Shown here piece by piece: positions 57,630-64,000 of a stretch of 64,000 nucleotides of DNA. Source of the stretch: Prolixibacteraceae bacterium (lineage in GTDB: Bacteria; Bacteroidota; Bacteroidia; Bacteroidales; Prolixibacteraceae); contig JBGSUC010000031.1 in NCBI GenBank assembly GCA_041736275.1, positions 17,682-81,681 of the forward strand. The letters run 5' to 3'. Under the pieces are notes generated by a model. It made no database searches. It saw nothing but the letters and a program-made list of their open reading frames with translations, and was not told where the DNA came from. Every line of letters starts with the position of its first letter. Position 1 is the stretch's first letter. The position numbers and the translations under genes were made by a program.

Positions 57630-58212
57630 ATCATTAAAACTAAAAGATGGAGTACTTCAGAATTTGAGATACCATCAGGATCGGATCAATCGGTCAATGG
57701 AAGAACTATTTCCTGATGCCGGAATAATAGATTTGGATGAAGTAATTTCTATTCCTGAAAATTGCAAATCAGGCGTGTTTAAAGTTCGCGTTTTGTACAG
57801 GAATTCTCTTGAAAAAGTTGAAATCGAAGCATATACTTTTCGTACCATAAAAAGCCTGAAAGTTGTTCGTCACGAAAGTATCGATTATCATTTGAAATAT
57901 ACTGACCGTCAAATTCTGCAGCAATTGTTTGCTAAGCGCGGAGATTGCGATGACATTATCATCATCAAAAAAGGCATGGTGAATGATTCGTTTGCAGCAA
58001 ATCTTCTGTTTTTTGACGGACAAAAGTGGTTTACACCAACAACCTCACTCTTAAAAGGCACCAAACGACAGTTTTTACTGGATTCCGGAATCATCGCTGA
58101 AAGAGAAATCAAAGAAGAAGATATTGTCGGTTATCAGAAAGTTGGTTTGATTAATGCGTTAATTGACTTTGATGAAATGCCGGTCATTGCGATTGGGCAA
58201 ATTTTCTTTTGA
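57613..58212 (+). CDS. class IV aminotransferase-fold protein, aminodeoxychorismate lyase-like
   Basis: 199-aa ORF that overlaps the pabB end by 17 nt; the call is from context and fold only. Confidence 0.6.
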   Translation: MCQLVESLKLKDGVLQNLRYHQDRINRSMEELFPDAGIIDLDEVISIPENCKSGVFKVRVLYRNSLEKVEIEAYTFRTIKSLKVVRHESIDYHLKYTDRQILQQLFAKRGDCDDIIIIKKGMVNDSFAANLLFFDGQKWFTPTTSLLKGTKRQFLLDSGIIAEREIKEEDIVGYQKVGLINALIDFDEMPVIAIGQIFF

Positions 58213-58269
58213 AAGTATCAGATATCAGATAGGTATCAGGAAAAATAGAATGGAGACTAAATCTATTTT

Positions 58270-59031
58270 TCAAACCTCAACTATCAATCCGTCATAAGCA
58301 AGGAAAACATTCGCCGGAAGCTCAGTCTGAACATCATCATAAAAACCCATTTGGTGTGAGAGGTGGGTCAGATAAGCTTTTCCTGGTTTAACTTCTTCAA
58401 TTAATTCGAGTGCCTGGTTTAGATTGTAATGTGAAATGTGTTCTTCTTTTCGTAAGGCATTTATTACCAGAATTTCTAATCCGCGAAGTTTATCAATTTC
58501 TGCATCTTCCAACCTGTTTACATCTGTAACATAGGCAATCCGGCCAAATCGAAAACCAAAAACCGGTAATTTGTAATGGAATCCACGTATCGGAATTATT
58601 TCAATGTCTCCAACTTGGAACGGCTTATTTTCAATTAGATGCAGGTTCATTTGAGGAATTCCGGGATACTTGTAATTGGCAAATACATAGTCGAAAATGC
58701 GTCGAATAGCAATCTGCACGCGCTCCTCAGCATAAATATCAGTTGATTGTTTTTGAACCCAGTTGAATGCCCGGATGTCATCGAGTCCAAAAATGTGATC
58801 GACATGCTCATGAGTAAGCAAAATACCATTTAAATGCCGGACCTGATGTGTAAGCATTTGCTGCCTGAAGTCGGGGCCTGCATCAATTACCAGACACTGG
58901 TTTTCGGTTTCAATCATTACAGAAGCCCGTAATCGTTTGTCTTTTTGATTGTTAGATAGACATACCGGACATTGACATGCGACAACCGGTACTCCCTGAG
59001 ATGTTCCTGTTCCTAAGAATGTAAGTTTCAC
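58270..59031 (-). CDS. MBL-fold metallo-hydrolase
   Basis: 253-aa ORF with LTHEHVDH (the HxHxDH motif). Confidence 0.85.
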   Translation of the reverse strand: MKLTFLGTGTSQGVPVVACQCPVCLSNNQKDKRLRASVMIETENQCLVIDAGPDFRQQMLTHQVRHLNGILLTHEHVDHIFGLDDIRAFNWVQKQSTDIYAEERVQIAIRRIFDYVFANYKYPGIPQMNLHLIENKPFQVGDIEIIPIRGFHYKLPVFGFRFGRIAYVTDVNRLEDAEIDKLRGLEILVINALRKEEHISHYNLNQALELIEEVKPGKAYLTHLSHQMGFYDDVQTELPANVFLAYDGLIVEV

Positions 59032-59113
59032 TATTGTGATATTTGATCTACAAAAATAAGGATTGCCCTCTGCCTACCGAAGGTTTTTGACTATTTTTGA
59101 AAAAAAATTACAC

Positions 59114-59818
59114 ATGGCCAAACTTTATTTGATTCCGACAACTTTAGGAGACACCAGTATCGAGCGGGTTTTACCGCCCGATTTAACGGGATTGATTTCC
59201 TCCGTTTCAGTATTTATTGTCGAGAATATCCGCACAGCCCGCCGTTTTCTGAAAAAAGTAAATCCGGCTATCGTGATTGATGATCTTGTTTTTTTTGAAC
59301 TGAACCAGCACACTGAAAAAAAAGAAATCAGTCGTTTTTTGGAACCCATCTCAAAGGGATTTGATATTGGGATTATTTCAGAAGCAGGTTGTCCTGCTGT
59401 GGCCGACCCGGGTGCCGATGTGGTAAAGATAGCACACACTAAAAATATCCAGGTTGTGCCACTTGTCGGGCCATCTTCTATCCTGATGGCTTTGATGGCT
59501 TCAGGAATGAGCGGACAGAACTTTGCATTTAATGGCTATTTACCAATTAAAAACCCGGAAAAATCGCAGCAAATAAAAATGCTCGAAAAGCGGATGCAAA
59601 CTGAGGGACAAACCCAGATTTTTATAGAAGCACCCTATCGCAATGCCCAATTACTTGCTGAATTGCTGAAGAACTGCGACCCAGAAACCATGTTATGCAT
59701 TGCCGTTGATATTACGCTTGATACTGAATTCATACTCAGCAAACCAGTTTCGTACTGGAAAACCAATATTCCTGAAATACAAAAAAGACCTGCTATTTTT
59801 ATGGTCGGGAAGATTTGA
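59114..59818 (+). CDS. SAM-dependent methyltransferase, tetrapyrrole-methylase (RsmI-like) fold
   Basis: Start at MAKLYLIPTTLGD (the track's TTG at 59063 is rejected); ISEAGCPAVADPG and PLVGPSS motifs. Confidence 0.75.
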   Translation: MAKLYLIPTTLGDTSIERVLPPDLTGLISSVSVFIVENIRTARRFLKKVNPAIVIDDLVFFELNQHTEKKEISRFLEPISKGFDIGIISEAGCPAVADPGADVVKIAHTKNIQVVPLVGPSSILMALMASGMSGQNFAFNGYLPIKNPEKSQQIKMLEKRMQTEGQTQIFIEAPYRNAQLLAELLKNCDPETMLCIAVDITLDTEFILSKPVSYWKTNIPEIQKRPAIFMVGKI

Positions 59819-60124
59819 TTTAATAAAAGTTGTCCCGATCGAATTTTTTGAGAATAGTTTTGAAAACAATAAATTATCAGATTATCATGATTATTATTCA
59901 TCTAACATGAAGCTTGTGTCTTGATTTTTATATTTTTAAACCAGAAAAAGGGGATAATCTATTTTTTTAACCGTTCAATTTTCTTTTTAAGATCAGTTTA
60001 ATTGTTCGCAGGGGATTTTTCTGGTCTGGAGAAAGCCATTTTATTTTGCCAATCGGTGAAATATTGGCGAATTGTATTTAAATACTTGATTTATTATTTG
60101 GAAAAGGCATAGAGGAGGTGAAAT

Positions 60125-62836
60125 ATGAATGTTTTTCGTCAGGAAAGTCGGTTGGTTGAAGAAATCTTGGTAGTTGATGATATTTCTGCAAACCTTATTT
60201 TGTTATCCGATATGATAAGTTCAGAAGGATATTCTGTTCTTAATACAACTTCAGGAGAACAAGCATTTCAGATTGCGAAAGAAAACTTGCCATCAATAAT
60301 ACTGCTTGATATTAAAATGCCTGTTGTTGATGGCTTTGAAGTTTGCCGTCGCTTAAAAGCTGATTCGGTAACTTCGGGTATTCCCATTATTTTCGTTAGT
60401 GCTTTGGACGATCTTGAGGCGAAATTAAAGGGATTTGAGCTTGGAGGAGTTGATTTTATTACCAAACCATATCGAAAAGCTGAGGTTCTGATTAGGGTTA
60501 AGACACATATCCGGTTATCGCAGTTAATGTTTCAACAGAAACAGCATGCTAATGAACTGCTCGCTGTTAATAAGCAATTGAAGGAAGAGATTCGAAGAAG
60601 AGAGCAAGCAGATAATGCGCTCAAAAACAGCGAAGAACGATACAATGCTTTTGTGGATGCCAATGAAGATATGATTTTTTTGAAGGATGATCAGTTTCGA
60701 TATTTGGTAGTGAATGATGCGATGGCCGTTTTTTTTGGGAAAACAAAAGATGAAATGCTCAATAAAACAGATTCGGAACTTGCTGATGAAAAAATCATAT
60801 TCCCATGTGGCTCATCTGACCAGAGATTATTGGAATCAGATTCAGCTTTTATAATTGAAGAGCAATTAGGCGAACACTTTTGCGAAACAACAAAGTTCCC
60901 GGTAAAACTGAAAGGAAATAAAAAAGGAATCGGGGGAATTATACGCAATATTACCGAACAAAAGAAAATAGCCACAGAACTGAAAGAGAGCGAAGAAAAA
61001 TTCAGAAATCTGGCTGATTCCTCACCAGCTGCAATAGGTATTTATCAGGATGATTATTGGGTATATGTAAACAGGTCAACCGTGGAGATGAGTGGTTACT
61101 CTTTGGAAGAACTTTACCGGATGAGGTTCTGGGAAATCGTCTCCCCCGACTATCAGGAATTGATTTTGAAAAATGGTCAGGAAAGGCTCGCAGGTTCAAC
61201 GACACCAAAATCATATGAATTCCCGGTAAGAGTTAAAAGTGGTGCCTTGCGGTGGGCATATATGACTGGTAGTAGCATAACCTTTAAAGGTCGGCCTGCA
61301 GGAATAATTACTATTATTGATATTACCGAGAAAAAGAAGGCCGAGACAGATATTCTGGAGGAACGCGTATTATTACGAACATTGATTGATAACTTACCAG
61401 ATCCGGTCTATGTTAAAAATAGAAATGGGCGTAAAATGCTCTCAAATATTGCAGACATAAAAAATATGGGTGCAAAAAATGAAGCCGAAGTATTAGGGAA
61501 GTCTGATTTGGAACTTTTTAATTCAGAAATGGGTCACCGTGGGTACGAAGATGATATCATCTTGTTTGAAAGCGGAGAACCAGTGATCAACCGGGAGGAA
61601 ATATCTATTGATGAAAATGGTGTCAAGCGCTGGTTATTAACCTCGAAAATTCCTTTGTTTGATCAGGATGGAAACACAACAGGACTCGTTGGGATTGGTC
61701 ACGATATCACGGAAATCAAGAAAGCCAACGAAACCATCCAGAAACTTTCGCAAAGCATAGAACAAAGCCCATCATCCATTGTAATTACTGATCTTAACGG
61801 AGATATAGAATATGTGAATCCGAAGTTTACAGAGATTACAGGATATACTGCAGCTGAAGTAATTGGGAATAATCCACGAATCCTTAAATCAGGAGAAACG
61901 CCTGACGAATATTACAAAGACATTTGGGATACGATTTCAATGGGTGAGATTTGGCGGGGGGAATTTCATAACCGAAAAAAAAATGGCGAATTGTATTGGG
62001 AATGGGCCACAATGACTTCCATTAAAAATGAATCCGGAAAAATCACTAATTATATTGCAATTAAAGAAGATATAAGTCTCCGGAAGCAAATGGAAGCCGA
62101 TCTCATAATTGCCAAAAACAAAGCAGAGGAAAGTGATCGTTTAAAGTCTGCTTTTCTGGCAAATATGTCGCACGAAATTCGTACACCACTGAACAGCATC
62201 ATTGGCTTTTCTGAACTTTTATCTGATACGCATTTTGACATAGAACAGAAAGATGAGTTCATTCAACATATAATAGATAATGGAAACAGCCTGCTAACCA
62301 TCATAAGTGATATCATGGATTTTTCAAAGATGGAGGCAGGGCAAATTACCTTTCGGGAAAAAACGATTCCAATAAATAAATTCCTGAGTGGAATAAATGA
62401 GGAATATATTCATAAGTTTAAAAGTAAAGAACTAAACCTGATTTTTGAAATTCCAAATACTGATGAGGAGATTTTCCTTTATACAGACATCGACCGTCTC
62501 CGGCAAATTTTTAATAATTTAATTAGTAATGCACTTAAATTTACGTCAAAGGGAAGTGTAACTGTTGGATATGAGATCAAAGATGAAATGATACACTTTC
62601 ATGTGAGGGATACCGGAATTGGAATACCAGTTCAATATCACGATAGGATTTTCGTGCGTTTTAATCAAGTCGAATCATCGAATACGCGGATTTATGGAGG
62701 GAATGGTTTGGGTTTAGCCATCACACGAGCCTTGGTTGAAAAAATGGATGGAAAAATTTGGATTGAATCCGAACCGGAAAAGGGTTCAACCTTTAGCTTT
62801 ATGCTACCTGTTCAAAAAAAATATGTTGAAGGGTGA
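60125..62836 (+). CDS. hybrid sensor histidine kinase: N-terminal receiver, about four PAS domains, HisKA, HATPase
   Basis: 903-aa ORF. REC (ILVVDDISAN, ILLDIKMPVVDG, ITKP), repeated PAS/PAC blocks, H-box FLANMSHEIRTPLNSI and G-box GGNGLGLAI. It is preceded by AGGAGG at 60113-60118. Confidence 0.9.
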   Translation: MNVFRQESRLVEEILVVDDISANLILLSDMISSEGYSVLNTTSGEQAFQIAKENLPSIILLDIKMPVVDGFEVCRRLKADSVTSGIPIIFVSALDDLEAKLKGFELGGVDFITKPYRKAEVLIRVKTHIRLSQLMFQQKQHANELLAVNKQLKEEIRRREQADNALKNSEERYNAFVDANEDMIFLKDDQFRYLVVNDAMAVFFGKTKDEMLNKTDSELADEKIIFPCGSSDQRLLESDSAFIIEEQLGEHFCETTKFPVKLKGNKKGIGGIIRNITEQKKIATELKESEEKFRNLADSSPAAIGIYQDDYWVYVNRSTVEMSGYSLEELYRMRFWEIVSPDYQELILKNGQERLAGSTTPKSYEFPVRVKSGALRWAYMTGSSITFKGRPAGIITIIDITEKKKAETDILEERVLLRTLIDNLPDPVYVKNRNGRKMLSNIADIKNMGAKNEAEVLGKSDLELFNSEMGHRGYEDDIILFESGEPVINREEISIDENGVKRWLLTSKIPLFDQDGNTTGLVGIGHDITEIKKANETIQKLSQSIEQSPSSIVITDLNGDIEYVNPKFTEITGYTAAEVIGNNPRILKSGETPDEYYKDIWDTISMGEIWRGEFHNRKKNGELYWEWATMTSIKNESGKITNYIAIKEDISLRKQMEADLIIAKNKAEESDRLKSAFLANMSHEIRTPLNSIIGFSELLSDTHFDIEQKDEFIQHIIDNGNSLLTIISDIMDFSKMEAGQITFREKTIPINKFLSGINEEYIHKFKSKELNLIFEIPNTDEEIFLYTDIDRLRQIFNNLISNALKFTSKGSVTVGYEIKDEMIHFHVRDTGIGIPVQYHDRIFVRFNQVESSNTRIYGGNGLGLAITRALVEKMDGKIWIESEPEKGSTFSFMLPVQKKYVEG

Positions 62837-63066
62837 TTTTGAAAGCAAAGTATTTAATTCGTCAAGAAAAATACAATTACGTATTGAGCTTGCTGATTTG
62901 ATTCTTAAAAATTGAGATAAAAAAAGCTTTAACAGGATATAATTCATGTCTGTTTTCATAATAATATAGCAAAGGTATTTTTGTCATAAAAATGGCGAAA
63001 AAGAGATTTAATTACATAAATACAAAGGCTTCTCTTATAGTTTTTCATGAAAACAAACATTTTACT

Positions 63067-63099
63067 TTCAAATTAATTTTGGAAGTTCAAATTAATTTT
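63067..63099 (+). repeat. 14-bp perfect direct repeat TTCAAATTAATTTT x2 abutting the ilv promoter
   Basis: Copies at 63067-63080 and 63086-63099 (19-nt period); the second copy ends 1 nt before the -7 box. Confidence 0.6.
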
Positions 63100-63107
63100 T
63101 ACATTTG
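63100..63107 (+). promoter_or_regulatory. candidate -7 promoter box (TACATTTG) for the ilv leader
   Basis: TAnnTTTG lies 26 nt upstream of the first leader ATG. Confidence 0.5.
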
Positions 63108-63132
63108 CCCTTATTAATTGCAAACAACAACA

Positions 63133-63198
63133 ATGAAAAATATTAGCATTATATCTCTTGTCATTAGCAGCGTGGTGGTCGTCCTTCGTGCTGAGTGA
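63133..63198 (+). CDS. ilv leader peptide 1 (MKNISIISLVISSVVVVLRAE)
   Basis: 21-codon ORF with 11 Ile/Val/Leu codons including VVVV. Its stop overlaps the antiterminator arm. Confidence 0.65.
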   Translation: MKNISIISLVISSVVVVLRAE

Positions 63199-63261
63199 GA
63201 ATGGTATAGTGTGAGTTTAAAAACTTTAAAGCCATTCTCAGATACTAAGAATGGCTTTTTT
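63197..63261 (+). promoter_or_regulatory. attenuator 1: alternative antiterminator/terminator
   Basis: GAGAATGGT (63197-63205) or AGAATGGCT (63248-63256) can each pair with AGCCATTCTC (63230-63239). The terminator is followed by T5-6. Confidence 0.65.
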
Positions 63262-63278
63262 AATGAAAAAAAATCACT

Positions 63279-63338
63279 ATGAAATCTGCATGTTTTCTAC
63301 TGGTTCTCGTCATTGTCGTCGTCATTCTCATTGTTTAG
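63279..63338 (+). CDS. ilv leader peptide 2 (MKSACFLLVLVIVVVILIV)
   Basis: 19-codon ORF with 13 Ile/Val/Leu codons. Its stop abuts the second antiterminator arm. Confidence 0.65.
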   Translation: MKSACFLLVLVIVVVILIV

Positions 63339-63413
63339 AGAGGAAGGCTAGTTAGAATATGCATTTAAATGATATTTGAGCCTTTCTCTAATGAATGAGA
63401 AAGGCTTTTTTTT
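63339..63413 (+). promoter_or_regulatory. attenuator 2: alternative antiterminator/terminator
   Basis: AGAGGAAGGCT (63339-63349) or GAGAAAGGCT (63397-63406) can each pair with AGCCTTTCTC(T) (63379-63389). The terminator is followed by T8. Confidence 0.65.
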
Positions 63414-63441
63414 AAGAAAAAATAATTTCAGACAAAAAGGT

Positions 63442-64000
63442 ATGCAGAAACGATTAAGATCAGCTACTACGACCGAAGGTCGACGTATGGCTGGAGCAAG
63501 AAGCCTTTGGCGGGCTAATGGAATGAAAGAAGAACATTTTGGACGACCGGTGATTGCGATCGTCAATTCATTCACTCAGTTCGTCCCCGGACATGTTCAT
63601 CTCCATGATATTGGTCAATATATTAAAGGAATAATTGAAAAAGAAGGTTGTTTTGCAGCTGAATTTAATACTATAGCCATTGACGATGGAATTGCCATGG
63701 GGCACGACGGGATGTTGTATTCTCTGCCTTCACGCGATGTTATTGCGGATAGTGTCGAATACATGTGTAATGGTCACAAAGTTGACGCCATGGTTTGTAT
63801 TTCTAATTGCGATAAAATTACCCCTGGAATGATGATGGCAGCTATGCGCCTGAATATTCCAGCCATTTTTGTTTCAGGTGGCCCTATGGAAGCTGGAGAG
63901 ATTGATGGTAAAATGTATGATCTTGTTGACGCTATGGTAATGGCAGCCGATAATTCGGTTTCAGACGAACAAATTGCTAAAATTGAACGGGATGCTTGTC
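63442..64000 (+). CDS. ilvD: dihydroxy-acid dehydratase, N-terminal part (continues beyond the window)
   Basis: [60 protein letters not shown]. Confidence 0.95.
   Translation, partial: MQKRLRSATTTEGRRMAGARSLWRANGMKEEHFGRPVIAIVNSFTQFVPGHVHLHDIGQYIKGIIEKEGCFAAEFNTIAIDDGIAMGHDGMLYSLPSRDVIADSVEYMCNGHKVDAMVCISNCDKITPGMMMAAMRLNIPAIFVSGGPMEAGEIDGKMYDLVDAMVMAADNSVSDEQIAKIERDAC

Noticed and set aside
63263-63355. Alternative leader ORF in another frame (MKKNHYEICMFSTGSRHCRRHSHCLERKAS), rich in His/Arg/Cys
   Set aside because: Its ATG lies inside the U-run of terminator 1, and its codon content has no link to the downstream ilv gene. The overlapping frame starting at 63279 gives 13/19 Ile/Val/Leu residues and stops exactly at the antiterminator arm, which fits attenuation far better.
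63348-63575. 75-aa minus-strand ORF overlapping attenuator 2 and the ilvD start
   Set aside because: It is antisense to the highly conserved ilvD N-terminus and to the terminator hairpin, and it has no motif support.

Overview
This is a chromosomal window from a Bacteroidota-type genome. The assignment rests on TAnnTTTG promoter boxes, almost no Shine-Dalgarno sites, a T9SS sorting domain, and the Bacteroidota order of the ribosomal operon. Content is mostly housekeeping. It opens with the distal spc/alpha ribosomal-protein operon (rplR' through rplQ, with secY, infA and rpoA). Then come ettA, hisS, hutH, an ECF sigma module, ychF, asnB, tRNA-Lys, rplS, the serC-serA-DUF1015 cluster, gcvT, two pectin-type glycoside hydrolases, pabB/pabC-like genes, a large REC-PAS-histidine kinase, and the 5' part of ilvD. 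From about 41.1 to 52.6 kb every gene lies on the + strand. That stretch looks accessory: GNAT, crtI-crtB, an unusual 637-aa two-module SufS/NifS-like protein, several oxidoreductase/hydrolase genes, a small cupin, and an HPD-motif/LRR protein. I found no rRNA, CRISPR array, transposase or integrase. The most interesting signals are listed here.
1. Two tandem Ile/Val/Leu-rich leader-peptide attenuators sit in front of ilvD.
2. A repeated G-U-containing hairpin element follows three + strand genes.
3. A 45-nt relic of a crtB 3' end lies just after the SufS-like gene.
4. The SufS-like protein itself has two modules with complementary motifs.
5. A CotH/T9SS gene is internally deleted.
6. A nested palindromic element lies between convergent GH genes.
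All functional calls come from reading the translated ORFs and from motif memory. No database search was run.
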